Assembly: GCF_009914755.1 (NCBI RefSeq)
Contig: NC_060928.1
Strand: one strand, 5' to 3'
Length of the DNA stretch: 64,000 nt
Origin: the human T2T-CHM13v2.0 reference genome, Homo sapiens
Position numbers and translations under genes: made by a program. Position 1 is the stretch's first letter; each line of letters begins with the position of its first letter. Below, piece after piece: positions 42,791 to 64,000 of the stretch. The notes beneath the pieces were generated by a model. It did no database searches, was not told where the DNA came from, and saw only the letters and a program-made list of their open reading frames with translations.

Positions 42791-43731
42791 GATGATCAGG
42801 TGTGGAAATACAGATGAGAATACTTATCCGTATTATAACTTTATCTATTATCTCAACGTATATAAGTATCAACCAATATCCCTACTTTTCCCCTCTCACT
42901 TTCCCCTATTTGTTTTACAGAATATGGAGTTGGTAAGTAACTTGATAATTGAGTCCATATTTAACTGTAAATTCCAATCAAATCCCCATTAATTATTGTC
43001 AGCCATTGTCTCTATCTCTGGGTCAGCTTCATCCTTCTGTAGTTCAGTCACAATTTCATTTTGAATCCAGGGAAAATCTGGGTTAAAATGAAAGATTTAT
43101 GGTTTTTTACTGTTGAGGGAGATATTTTCAGCACAGCATATAGCTGATGAGAACATTTTTTAAACACTGGTATAGCGTTGTGCTTTGGAGAATACTGTCT
43201 GGGGATTGGAGTATAAGCTAAAAATAGGTATACATTTGGTTCCTTTTTTTTTCTGGCTTGGACAGGAATCTGGAATAGCAAGTGTAACCTAGTAGGAAGT
43301 AACAAGCATCAGTTATCAAACTGTACAGGATGTGTCTTCAACAGTGACCTCATGTTGTGGCAAAAAATATGCCACTAGTGGAATGATCATATACTAGTTC
43401 AGGGAAGCAGGATCCTCTCAGGATTGTGAAAAATCTATGTGACTGAAGAAACCCTTACATGTGAGAGATTTACTCCCTGCTAATAAGAAAAATGGAGATT
43501 TGAGCAATTGATTGGATAAACCAAAATAATGTTATAGAAGGCATATGCATAACATTTTCTTTGCATATCTGAGAAATAGGAGTAATTTTTGATGCATAAA
43601 ATTACTTATTTCTGAATATTAAACTAAAACATCATCATCGTATCTTTTTTCTTGTAAAATAAAGAAATACAGAAAAAAGAAAACCCAAACCCAGCACAAA
43701 TGCAGTCCTTGAAATTATTTCCTTCAGGACA

Positions 43732-44151
43732 TGATATGGTCTGGATGTTTCTCCCCTCCAAATCTCATGTTGAAATGTGACCTCTAATGTTGGAGGTGGG
43801 GCCTAGTGGAAGGTATTGAACCATGCAGCACATCCCTCATGAATGGCTTGGTGCTCTTCCCATGGTAACAAGTGAGTTCTCACTCTGTTCATTCACATGA
43901 GAGCTGGTTGTTTAAAGAGCCTGGCTCCTCCTCCTGTCTCTCTCTCACTTCTGCTCCCACCATGTGTTTGTTGTACCTGCTCCTGCTTGGCCTTTCGCCA
44001 TGATTGTAAGTTTCCTGAGGCTCTTGCTGAAGCAGATCCTGACACCATGCTTCCTGTATAGCCTGCAGAACTGTAAGCAATTAAATATTTTCTTGATAAA
44101 TAACCAAGTCTCACGTATTTCTTTATTGTGATGCAAAAACAGACTGACACC
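43732..44151 (+). mobile_element. MSTB-like solo LTR
   Basis: TGATATGGTCTGGATGTTT...AACAGACTGACAC. TSD GGACA/AGACA. Confidence 0.85.
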
Positions 44152-44857
44152 AGACATTTGCCTACATTTGCATGAGCAGTATAAATTTGGATCATTCTGT
44201 AAATATATTTCTTCTTACTTATTTTTATTCTTCAAATCAAGAAACAGACCATCTCTTCTTCAACACTTTTTTAAGTGTGGCTCAAATGTCGTCTTAGCCA
44301 GAGAGCTTCTTGTAGTCTATATTTAGTTGTTTATCGTGGCAGGGATAAACATTCACTGCCTTATCCTTCAATACTAGAACAATAACAGTTATGCAATAAA
44401 AACTCATTAAATATTTGTTGAATAAATTTATTCAAATGTTTATATAATTCAATAAAACTTTATTATTGATGTAGGTAATTCAAATATTTTGTTAATATAT
44501 TGCTATGTAGTCTGCTTTTTTGGATATTGTTATTATGGTAGAATTAATTTTATGTGTCCTATTCCTTTCTTTTGTTAAAGTTATTATGGTGAATAATTTT
44601 GTTTTCCAAATGTATTTCTGAGTGATTTATAGATAGTTTGCTTTTGAAAAGTTGATTTGTAAAATTACTTTGTATCTGACCAATTTTCGCAATTCTTAGT
44701 GGTAATTCTAAAAATAATATTCTAAAATAGTTATTTAATATCTAAAAATATACTGAACTTTGTAGATATGTACTAGTATATTGGATGTTGAAAATGATTG
44801 ACTGGTAAGCTCACAGAGTCTTCTGAATAGATTATAACCTTCTTGCTGATATTAATA

Positions 44858-45214
44858 CAGGTTGAATTTCTCTTATCTGAAACGTTTGGGAACAGAAGTG
44901 TTTTGAAATTTAATTTTTTGATTTTGGAATATTTGCCCATACATAATGAGATATCTCGGGGATGAGACCCGTATCTAAACACTAAATTCATTTATATTTT
45001 ATATATACCTTATACATATAGCGTAGAGCTAATTTTATACAATATTTTAAATAATTTTCTGTATGAAGCAAAGTTTTGACTGCATTTTTACTATGACCTG
45101 TCACATGAGGTTAGGTGATGGGATTCTTCACTTGTGGCATCATGTTCTTATTAAAAAATTTTCAGATTTTGAAGCACTTTGGATTTCAGATTCAGATTGC
45201 AAATGGTCAGCTGG
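44858..45214 (+). mobile_element. Tigger4 (Zombi)-type MITE
   Basis: TA|CAGGTTGAATTTCTCTTATCTGAAA start with TA at both flanks. Confidence 0.7.
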
Positions 45215-46119
45215 TAATATTTTTTAACCTTTATATCAGAAATGACAAGCATGATACTTGACTCATGCTGTATTTCTGACTAAGATTTGCTGAATGCCTA
45301 TTTGATTGCCCACACGACTCTACATCTCCTGCTACCCAAATCCTATCAAGTATGGAAATATAACACAAGAAAGAAGAGACATGGGATCTGGCTCTGACAA
45401 CTGGTTGAAGTCTGTAAGCCGATAATTTCCATATTTTTGGTCCCATTCAAATCCTCCTATAGAGTAGGTGGAGGAGAAAGAGTAAATATAGAAGTTAGTT
45501 ACCTCATATGTGGCCTTGCTGTGCAAATAACTATATTTGTTGTCAGATTGAGGAACTTCAGGCTCCTGTTCTCCCTTTATTCTCCCCAGTTCCATTCTGA
45601 GCAGTGTTTAGTGACTTAGAAAGAGCAATATAAACTATACTCATGAAGTCAGCAGCGTTTATCTATCTTTGCATTCAAGTGCAGTCACCCCTCAATAGGT
45701 ATAGTGGCCAGGAAATCCACTGTAAAATATATATTGTGTTTGAATCCTTTTCAAAGATTTTTCACAGGATAGGTTGGTAGCGGTGACAATGCTTCTCAAG
45801 ATCTACTACTGAGTGCAATGTATTAAAGGAATCTTTTAACCACTCAAACTACACCCATTGATGCATTCAATATAAGAAAGAAGTTGATTCAAGGCTGCAA
45901 TCTTCTAACCCTCTTAAAGCCCTTGGCTAAACTCCACTTTCTTTGTACTTCAGAATAGCTGAAATCTCTGCCAATAATGTTTGGTATATATTACCTTCCT
46001 CAGAACAACATAAATATTTTATAGCCTGGAGTGCAGCTATAACAACATGAATTAAAAAGTGCAAAAGAGTTATTCACTCTTAAATTTTACTTCTTGAATG
46101 GAAAAATTATTACTTTTCT

Positions 46120-46273
46120 TTTTTTTAATTATACTTTAAGTTTTAGGGTACATGTGCACAACGTGCAGGTTAGTTACATATGTATACATGTGCCATGTTG
46201 GTGTGCAGCACCCAGCAACTCGTCATTTAACATTAGGTATATCTCCTAATGCTATCCCTCCCCCCCTCCCCCC
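46120..46273 (-). mobile_element. 154-bp 3' end of a young L1PA
   Basis: TTATACTTTAAGTTTTAGGGTACATGTGCACAACG. TSD ACTTTTCT at 46112-46119 and 46274-46281. Confidence 0.9.
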
Positions 46274-49251
46274 ACTTTTCTAAGTAGAGATAGAAAAATC
46301 CCTATTCAGACTATAAATGAAAGATTTTTCTGACATTACCTAGAATTTCCCACATAAGGGCATAAGTTGACAACTGAGCTTTTGTTGTTCCTTAGAGAGA
46401 ATTCTCCCTGTTGTTTGCCAGCTCATTCCTGATTCCTGGTACGGAAAAAAACAGAATGTACGTTCTAAACCGCACTGAGATGCTAAAAGGGGGCATATGG
46501 ATGCAACTCATTGGAATACTCATCTGGGAAAATTATTTAAAAATTATAGAACAGAATTAGAAGCACTTAGATTATAAAACAAAAGAAACAATCTCCAAGA
46601 CCTTTGTATATATGCTTTAAGTAGCATCAGAAGTAAAATTTTGACACATATCTTGCAGTTTCTGATACCCTGGGCGACTTCTTTGTACTCAAACATATTG
46701 ACCAGTATTCTAGCTCCTCCATTTTTCTCTCCAGGTGTTGGAAATGCCCTTTAGAATTCTCACCTTCTGACATGCTCAAAATTGGCATGCGATAAACATA
46801 TAATAAATACAAAGTTGAATTTTAGAATATCGAAATCATCTTTGGAGTTTATTGCTGCTTAAGGGTGTTAATATTTTTCTCACTAGTTCTAAGTACACTA
46901 TGATGCTTGCCTTATACCAGCAATCTTTCAATCTGAAATCCAGGGAGATAGTGCAGATAATACAGAAGATACTCAAAAAACAAACAAACAAAAAATAAAG
47001 AATAAAAAACATTTACTGTTATTTGAATTAATTAGACACATCTTAAAAATAAAGAAATGAAATGTTATTCCTTTGTGTATCTTCTAATATCTAGCTGTCC
47101 TTACTAAGGAAAAGTGATATAGGATTCAAGTATTACTTGGTAGATTGTATTAGTGTTGACATTTGATCTGGAGAAACTAGACAACTTTAAAAGAGGCCTT
47201 AAACTGTGTTATTTAGTAATTTTTATGAGTGAAATTATTGTAGGGATAACGATCCAGTGAAAAAAATATATAAGGGAGAAATCCACATGAATAAATATTC
47301 TCCCCCTCCATATAATTTCACTGACTGAATTGGTATAATATTGCTCCAAATAATTATCCCAATTCTCCCTTGCTTATCAGTCTTAACACAAAGGACACTA
47401 GTATTTCTAGATTTGTGTGTGTATGTGTGTGTGTTGCGGGTGGGGGCTGCCGCATAGATTATGAGCTAAAACATAGAATGAGAGACTTGACAGTCTGAGA
47501 TCTGAACAAAAATCACGATTAGGTAATTTTGCCAGGGAAATTGATGGCAAGTTTTTAGCAAGATAGGCTTTCTTTTAAAATTCTTGTTGCTTCTTGTATA
47601 CAGCCTGAGAGGGATGACACTAGCTCTTCTTAAAGGACTCTCAGTTTTGCTAACTTTTTTTCTGAGCAGTAACAGCCTCCTGCAATCATCCCGCATTGCT
47701 CTGAATTTTTGCTGTTTCCTCTACTTTGAAGATTAGTTCAGAGGATGGGTACAGAAATCTTACATTTTCCTGCATGTTTTCTCCCTCCTCAAGCTGCTGT
47801 CTTAAGAAAATCCAGGCGATGAGCTAGAGTGGTTGGTAAAAACGTGTTGTTTAGCTATGTTCAGAAAATGTACTAAACATTTTCCTGTGGTTTAAAAGAT
47901 AAATCAGGTTACTAAAAAGCCAAAATCTAGATTTTTGATAAGTGAGAATGCCTTATAATTTGTAATAAAATATCTATATAAAGTTACTGGGAAAAGGTAA
48001 TTAAAATCAAAACATATAATTAGGTTCATAACTTTTTTCCCCAAGCAGTGAACGGGGAGGTCAATCAACACATTGAAAATGAAATGTAAGTGAAAAAACA
48101 CAGTCAGTTTTTTGTTTTTTCAGCCTTACTGACATTTCTCAAACTCTTGCCAACTCACCAGTGAAAGATAGTGACATTTTTCATGATCTAAAAGAAGGTT
48201 GTGGATGTTGGTGAAATACATGCTACTGCTTTTTCACAGCTTGACATATCACATCCTAGAAGTATGTTTTGTTTTAATGTAGAAAACAAGTTCAGAAAAT
48301 TACTGCCTTTTGAAAAACAAATTTTAGCTTGAAACTTCAGTAGGACTGTAACCATATAACACAAGCAACTGCTGGAGTAAAGAAAGCCACTGATAATTAT
48401 GAATCTACCCTCATCAACATCTTCCAATTTACTGTAAACTTCATCTCATCACTTTCACAAATTCTAGTGAAGAGAATAATAAACTATCAATGGAGATGTT
48501 TATTTCATTGTGTGAAATTCATAGTAGAATTCAATGCCTTTGGTTTCAAAATGAAAAAGAGAGTTTCAACAGCTGGGTTTCAAAGACCATGCAAATTTGA
48601 GTCTTGTGGGCAACTGAACTGTGAATGTAAGACTTAACTGCTCTTGGCTTGCTCATTTGGAACCCTTCCCTAGCTGTGCACATGCTCTCCAAAGCCATTC
48701 ATCTCATATCGAATTTCCTGCAAACATACAGACACTTCTGCCCCATTGCACAGCCCACCTAATGCTTTATTCATTTGATTTGATTTATTTATTCTGCACC
48801 TATTTCTCCCAGTACTCTGATGTGAACTTAATAAAAATTCAACATCCAAGGCAAATCTAGCAGCCAAAACTGGTTTTAATGAAAGCAGAAGCATACAAGG
48901 AAAGTATGGACAGATGAGTTATGCTTTCTGCTCTCAAGACCCTACCAGCAGGAAGCAATGAGGGTTTCAAAGGGGTTCCAAAGTAAAACTACATTTGCCT
49001 CTGAAACTTTTAGAGAACACAGTTGAGTTGGCAGTCATATCCAAAGTAGTACGTAAGATAGAAAGGTAGCAATTTTGAAGGCAGCTATTGGATGATAGGC
49101 AGTCATTAAGACTAACATAACAATTGCCAAGGTTCATTCCCCAAAAATTCTCGGTATTTTAAGGAGAAGTAATACATTTAAAAAGTAATGATATTAGAAC
49201 CTTCTGAAAAGAAATACAATGAATTGTGAGAATTCTGAGTATTCTGAAACT

Positions 49252-50676
<1,425 letters not shown>

Positions 50677-53020
50677 GATGCAAGTTACTAAAGGAACTGA
50701 CTTAAAAGGACAATTAACTTTAAAAGGAATTAGCTGCAAATTTCTGTGGTGGGCATATTTTGAGTATCTGTCCAGCTCATAAAACAATAAAGTCTCCTTT
50801 CCTCTGCAGCTTTATTACAACCCCAGTCCCTCAAGCCACATAATGTTTATGAAATCCTTGTTCACAGTTCATTTGACCATGAAAAGGCATTTGGCTCCAG
50901 CTAGGTTGATGAGATTCTTCTCTCAGAAATTTTAGATGAGTCTGGGCTTCTCCTGACACTTCCAAATCTAACCTTCAGAACTCTGGGTTAGCCAAGTTCT
51001 GCATTCTATGCAAACAGGAAAGGCCATCTACTGAGAGAGGAAAATAAAAAGAAAGTCCAAAGAGAATCAGACTTAGGAAATGTAGTGAGAATGCTACAAC
51101 TTTCCAACTTCCTGTTGCAGTCTCTTTGGGAGACCTGGAATTGCTTCCCTTGGATTCTATGATAAATTCCTTTGTCCATATAATAAATTTATCTTCCCAG
51201 CCCATCTAGGTTTTTTTTTCTTTTTCCTTAAAATATCTTGAGTTGGCTTCTGTTACCTGCAAACATAAATCTCTGACAAAGGACTGTCATTACATTTAAA
51301 ATATTTTTGATTCAATTTAATTTGAGTGTATCACTTGAACAAAATAATTTTGTTATTACTTATTCTACTTCTGATTCATTTATTTATTTTCGTAACTTTT
51401 AACTGACCTTCCTTATCCTATTCCCACCTCCCTAACAAGAAAATGAGAAGAGAAATAAAATCTGAAATTCAAATCATGTGGCCTGGACTTGCTAAAAACA
51501 CCAGTAAATGAGAGGCAATTAAATTTAATGACAAAAACGAGGCTCTAGTAAGGCTTCAAAGTAGTCTGTTCCTAAACCTGAGGGGCAAATGAACCACAAT
51601 GTTATCTTTTAGCAATATAATCAAAGCTACACTCCAGAGAGAATGCATGAGATTTCACATAAAATGACAGATTGCCAGCTTCTCTTCAGCAAGGTAATTG
51701 GCCACTGTGGTAAGTATATTATGGCCAACATAAAATATTGTAATAGGTATGGAAACCTGAGCTAGCAACAGCAGATTTAGCAAGTAAGTTAAAAATTTGG
51801 CAGAGGAACATTTATTGCTATTGGCTTTCATGTAAGATAAAAGACACATGCATGTGCAAGCACACACACACACACACACAGAGAGGAATGATTTCTTGTT
51901 GGTGCAAGACTTTACTAAAACATTAAAAATGCATATTATTGCTGATATCTGCTTCATCAGTTTCATAAGAACAAAAACAATAACTGTCACTTCATGTATT
52001 ATTTCTAGCCATTGCTTTCGTATTATTGCATTAAAGCTAATTTTATTCACTTAGACCAAAACATAAAACGTGACCACAAAAGCATTCAACAGGAAACATT
52101 TATGACCTAAATAATTCAGGCAGCGGAAGAATTTAGATTGCTTAGTTTCCTTTAAATAATTTAGGGGTGGCACTTAAGGGCACTGAATAATCAATCCACC
52201 CATGAATTGAGTAGCAAAATGGTGGTGTATAATTTTTGATATTTAAATCTTAGAGGTCTTTTGTCTTTTATTCCAGAATAATGAATCTGAAAAAGAATTG
52301 TTTTAAAAGGAATGGGTTATGTGTAGAATTTTAAAATATCAGCTCTTAGCAACTCATCAGTGCCACTTGGACCGAGTCCTCTGCAAGGAGCCAAAAGATT
52401 ATAGCCCAATCTAAGGCTCAGCTGGAATAAAGCCTTGTTATTCTTTTCCTGCAAGGCTCAGGTCACATAAATCATTTTCATCTTTTTGATACTGTATATC
52501 AAACAGGAGAATAGGTTAAGTTGTGTTCAGGTGAACTAGAGTCATGACAAAATGTTCTTGTAGTAAACATTTCAAATAATATAAAATATTTGTGGGTAAC
52601 AAACTCACAAGGTTTCTCTCTGCTATAGTTTGAATATGTTCCCTAATGTTCATGTGTTGGAAACTTAATGACCAGTGCAACAGTTTGGAGAGGTGCTTAG
52701 ATCATGATGGCCAAGCCCTCTTGAATGGATTAATGTCATTATACCAGGAATAGATTCATTAGTGTGAGAGAGGGTTTGTTATAAAGGGGAGTTGAGACTT
52801 CTCTTGCTCTCTCTTGCCATGTGATGCCTTCTCCCATGTTATAAAGGTCCTCGTCAGATGTGGCCTCTTAATCTTGGACTTTCCAAACTCCAGAGCCACA
52901 GCTAAATAAATTTTTGTTCATCAAAAATTACCCAGTCTGTGGTAGTCTGTGGGAGTAACACAAAATAGCATAAGATGGAAAATTGGTACTGAGAAGTGGG
53001 GCTGTTACTGTAAACAAATA

Positions 53021-53710
<690 letters not shown>

Positions 53711-56149
53711 TATCTGAAAATGTGGAAGTGGCTTTAGAATTAAGCAATGAGTAGAGGTTGAAAGGGTTTAGAGGAGCAAATTAGAAAAAGCCTCAGTTAC
53801 CATATATAAAGCATTAAGGATGATTTTGATGAGGGCTCAGAAGATGAGAACTGTAGGGAATATCTAGAACTTCTTAGAGATGACTTACATGGTTGTATTC
53901 AACATGCTGGTAGACATCTGGATAGTAAAGTCCATCTGATGAGGTCTCAGATGGAACTGTGGAATAAAGTATCAGAAACTTGAGTAAAGGTTATCCTTGT
54001 TTACAGTTGCAAATAGCTTGGAAGAATTGTGTCAATTTCCTAGGGTTTTATGGAAGCAGAATTTAGGAGTGATGAACTAGAACATCTGGCAGAAGAGCTA
54101 TCTAAACAGCAAAATGTTCAAAATGCTGCATGGCTTCTTTTGACCACTTATAGTAAAATGAGAGAAGAGAAAAATGATTTAAAGATGGAATTTGTAATTA
54201 AAAAGAAAGTAGAAAGTAAAAAATTTGAAAATGTTCAATTCAACCTGCCATGTAAAGAATAAAAAGATGTGTTTAGGAGAACAAACTAAGGTTGCATCCA
54301 GGGGACTGTTTACTAAAGAAATTAATATTAAGAGAAGAAAGCCAGGTTCTACTGACCAAGACAATCAAAAAATGACTCAAAGGCATTTCAGAGATCTTTG
54401 AGGCAACCTAGAACTTCTACTAAGGTTAAGATTTCCAGAGAGGTGCCTGGAGAATCTCAGCGTTCATTGCCCTGCACTGACTCTAGACTCTGCTCCCTGA
54501 ATTCTGACACAGCAATCCCCAGCTGCCCCAGCCATAAATCAAGTAGGCCCAGGTGTGCCTTGACCAGCCACTCTGGAAGGTATGAGCCTTAAAACTTGGT
54601 GATGTCCATGTGGTGCTAATCCTGTAGGCATGCAAAATGCAAGAGCTGTGGGGGCAGGGACACCTCCATCTGGATTTTGAAGGATGTTACAAACAACCTG
54701 AGGGGCCCAGGCACAGACTTGTCAAAGGGCTGAGCCATTGCAGAAAGTCCCCACTGGGTCAATACACAGTGGAACCATGGAAGCAGGGCAGTCTCTGAGA
54801 TATTAGAACTGTAGGGCTATCAGTGTGCAGCTGTAGCCTGGGAGAGCTGCAAGCATGAGTCTCCAATCCAAGACAGTGGCTGGGTGGGGTGAGCCCAGTA
54901 ACAACACAGAGGCAGGACTGCCCGAGGCCTTAGGGACCCAAATCCTGTCCCAGTGTGTCCAAGATATGGGACATAGAGTCAAAGGAGATTATTAAGGCAT
55001 CTTAAAATTTTATATTGTTTTTCTTCTTGGGCTTTGGACTTACCAGAGACCAGATACCTCTTTTTATTGTCTGTGTTCTCTTTCATAGAAAATAAATGTC
55101 TATCCTATGCCTATCCCACAACTGTATTTTAGAAGTAGATAACTTACCTTTACAAGCTCAAAGCTAAAGGAGAATTTGCCTCAGAATGAATAGTGTCTTG
55201 AGTCTCACCCATATATGATTTAGATTAGACTCTTGATTTTTTAAATTTTGAGTTGATGCTGGAATAAGTTAAGGCTTTGGGGGTATTGGGATGAAATTCA
55301 TTTTGCATGTGAGAAGAATGTGGATTGAGGGGGATGAATGTGTTCCCCAAAGTTCATGTGTTAGAAACTTAATCCCCAGTGCAACAGTGTTGAGAGGTGG
55401 GACTTTTAAGAGATGATTAGGTCATAGGGGCTCTGCCTAAGGAATGGATTAATGTCATTATCATGAGCATGAGATCATTATTGGGAGAGCAGATTTGTTA
55501 TAAAATTGAGTATGGCCCTTTATTGCTCTCTCTTGCTGTGTGGTGATGTCTTCTATCATGTTATGATACAGCGAGAAGACCCTAACCAGCTGCATCACCT
55601 TAATCTTGGACTTTCCAGCTTCCAGAATCATAAACAATATACATTGCTATTCATTGTAAATCACCCAGTCTGTATTTTGGTATTTTGTGAGAGTAGCACA
55701 AATGGATTAAGCAACTCTATTTGACCAAGCCAAGAAAGGCATTTGCTTACATATTTATGCTAATTGAATTGTTTAGTTTTAAAACACACCACACTGTTTT
55801 AATACAGCATAATTAAAATAAATTTAAGCTATGATGATAAGGAACACATTAAATAAACAAATTTACATAATGAAGTGGTTTGGTTTAGAAATTTTAATTT
55901 TATAATAAGATTTTATTAAACATGTAACATTAAAATGAAGAGAGATAAGTAAATTAAATACTTATAAGCCCCTTAAAATTACTAGCTGATTAAGTTTCAG
56001 TAAATAAACAGGTAATTCACAATTTCATGACTGTTTATTAAAAATACTTCCACAGAGAACAGTTGCACCTGGTCTTTAAAATTTATTGTTTCTATTATTT
56101 TACTTTCTGTTTTATTTCCTTTGTTGTTACTTTTTATGACAAGCAATAT

Positions 56150-57689
56150 TTTATTTTAAAATCAGTTTTAATGAGGTGTAATTTACATAAAACAATTTTC
56201 ACATTAAAAGTATAGATTGATGACTTTTGACAACAGTATACACCTGCTTAATGACCATCTCCATAAAGACAGAGCACGTTTCCATCACCCAGAAGCTTCT
56301 TTTGTGTCCTTTTGCTGCCTGTTCCCTATGACTCCCCACCCTCCAGAGCCAAGAAACTACAAATCTGATTTCTTTGATTATAGATTAATTTTGCTTGTTC
56401 TAGAATTTCTTATTCACAAAATCACACAGTAATTATTTTTTGTATCTGCCTTATTTTATTAAGCACAGTACCCGTGAGATTTATCAATGCGATTGCATGC
56501 ATTAGTAGTTTGTTGCATTTATTTATTAAATAGTATTATGCTATATGAATGCACTGTAAGTTGTTCTTTATTCACCTTTTGATGAATATTTCTGTTCTTT
56601 CCAACTTTGGGTTTTTGTGGTATTTATTTTATTTTAAGATGATTTCAATTCTTAAATTATATCCAATTTAGATAAAAGTTATAATAATAGCACAAATAAT
56701 TTCATTTTCCCTTAATCATTAAATAATTAGTCAATAATATGATGCTTCATTACCCCAAATACTTTGATGTGTGATTCCTGTAAACAAGGACATTCCCTTA
56801 CAAAACCACAATATGACCATCAAAATGAATGCTGATACATTATCGTCATTGAATCTACAGGCCTCATTTAAATTTCATCAGTTGTCCCAAGGATTCAAAC
56901 CATGACTGCATGTTGCAATCTCTTTAATGTCCTTCAATCAGTGATAGTTCCTCAGTCTTTCCTTGCCTTTCATGATCTCAATATTTTTTGGAATTACAAC
57001 CAATTACTTGGTAGAATGTTCCTCAATTGGGATTTACTTAATGTTTTTCCATGATTAAAGTTACATATTTTTGGCAAGAATATGAGAGAAGTGATATTAC
57101 ATTCTTGTCATTGTATCCTATCAGTTACTAAACAATTTTAATTTGTCCATTACTGGTGATGTTAATTTTGATCACTTGATTAAGGTGGCATCTGCTATGC
57201 TTTTCCACTGTAAAATTACCCATGTGACCTTTTGTGATTAATAAGTATTTTGTAGGGAGGTACTTTGAGACTGTGTAAATTCCCATTGCTCATCAAAATT
57301 TAATCTACTCATTTTAGCATTAGATACGTTTGGGCTAAATGAATATTACTGTGCCAAATTGTGATTTTCTAATTCTATCTTTCATTTTACATTTATTGGT
57401 TGACTTTATGCCAAAAGCAAATATGTTCTCTTATCTGCACCTATTTATTTGCTTATTTATATTAGTATGGATTCATGGATTCTTAAAGTTTAAATGACTT
57501 TTAACTGGTAAATTGTCCTAATCTGCTCAGTTAAGAGTCCCTTTAAGCTAGTCTTTTTGTTCTTTAACATGTCTTTATTATTTTTGAGTACTTTTTTCTT
57601 TGTGCTAAAATATTTTCTAGGCTTATTTTTAATTTTTCTTGTCCCTGCTCTAAAACCAGAAATCAATCATTTCACCAATGAGTCTTGGG
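56150..57689 (-). mobile_element. Old L1M (MC/ME-like) 3' fragments; the host element resumes at 63021
   Basis: Antisense L1M 3' UTR motifs, e.g. GATGTTAATTTTGATCACTTGATTAAGGTGG. Confidence 0.65.
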
Positions 57690-63002
<5,313 letters not shown>

Positions 63003-63220
63003 TCACCAATGAGTCTTGGGTCCTTTTAGTGGACAGGAGTATTTAGAAACCAACATCTGGACCCTAGATGTGTTTATCACTCTTGGGTGTCACTGCTTCT
63101 GGCATCTTTTCAGTAGACAGAATTAGGTAGTATATGTATGTATATGCACATTTAATTATATATGTGTTATATGTAATATAACATTATATCTATATAAACA
63201 TTAGTTCAGTTGATACTTTT

Positions 63221-63536
63221 GTTTTTAGAGACAAGGTCTTGTTCTGTTGCTCAGGCTGGAGTGCAGTTGCACAATCACAGCTCACTGCACCCTCAAATAC
63301 CTGGGCTCCAGCAATTCTCCTGCCTCTGCCTCCTGAGTAGCTGTGACTACAGGCATGCACCATCATGTTTGGTTAGTTTTAAAACATTTTTAAAATTTAT
63401 TTTTACATTTTTCAGTAGAGACAGAGACTCAACATTTTCCCCAAGTTGCTCTTGAACTCCTGGGCTCAAATAATCCTCCTTCAACTGCAGCCTCCCAAAC
63501 TGCTGAGATCACAAGCATAAGCCACTGCACACGGCC
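63221..63536 (-). mobile_element. AluJ
   Basis: TSD TCA[G/T]TTGATACTTTT at 63206-63220 and 63537-63551. Confidence 0.88.
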
Positions 63537-64000
63537 TCATTTGATACTTTTAATTTTAGTTCAGCAAGGAAGTATTTATTTTAATTTTTTTCTTTTCTAT
63601 ATTGGTAACTCTTCTCTGGAGAAACATATATCCCATAATCTTCAATATATTACTTAGTAAATTCATTCTCCCATCATGTTACCAATGTCTGTTTGCCACT
63701 CTCACTGTCCCCTTATCCCTTTTGTGCCTGTTCTTTTCACCCTACTTAGGCTCTGTCAACAACCTTCAGTACTAGATACCAGTGCAAGGACATGGTCCTC
63801 ATTTTGTTCTGGCTACAACATATTATTTCAAATGGCTGCCACCTCCCCTAACCCTGACTGACAGCTACCTTTCTTGATCCCTCCTAATGGACAAATTATT
63901 CAGGGAGAAAGGAAGGAAGGAAAGAAGATAGGCAAGCAACTGCCATTATAATCAAAACAATTATTATCTCCAAGAAGCTTTTCTTTAGTAAAAACTGTTT

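Overview
Human (primate) AT-rich, repeat-dense genomic DNA containing the 3' part of GRXCR1, the DFNB25 deafness gene (human chr4p13, from recall), on the + strand. Two coding exons are visible: exon 3 (21721-21786, 66 nt) and terminal exon 4 (CDS 31739-31918, four CXXC motifs), with a poly(A) signal at 32016. Sequence upstream of exon 3 is intron 2 and sequence after about 32 kb is intergenic. The rest is mostly transposable elements: Alus with target-site duplications (TSDs), solo LTR5 and MER11 LTRs, THE1 and MST MaLR proviruses, L1/L2/MIR fragments and DNA-transposon MITEs. Nearly all six-frame ORFs are repeat-derived or chance. The most unusual structure is a 5.3-kb L1 with an intact 5' end, a 3' truncation inside ORF2, no poly(A) tail and a perfect 18-bp TSD. 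Other candidates are a poison exon whose donor lies in a U1-mimicking palindrome, an old dispersed duplication, a 60-bp tandem duplication and an Alu-head/THE1B fusion. I see no supportable new multi-gene system. Repeat subfamily names come from recalled consensus sequences, not a database search.
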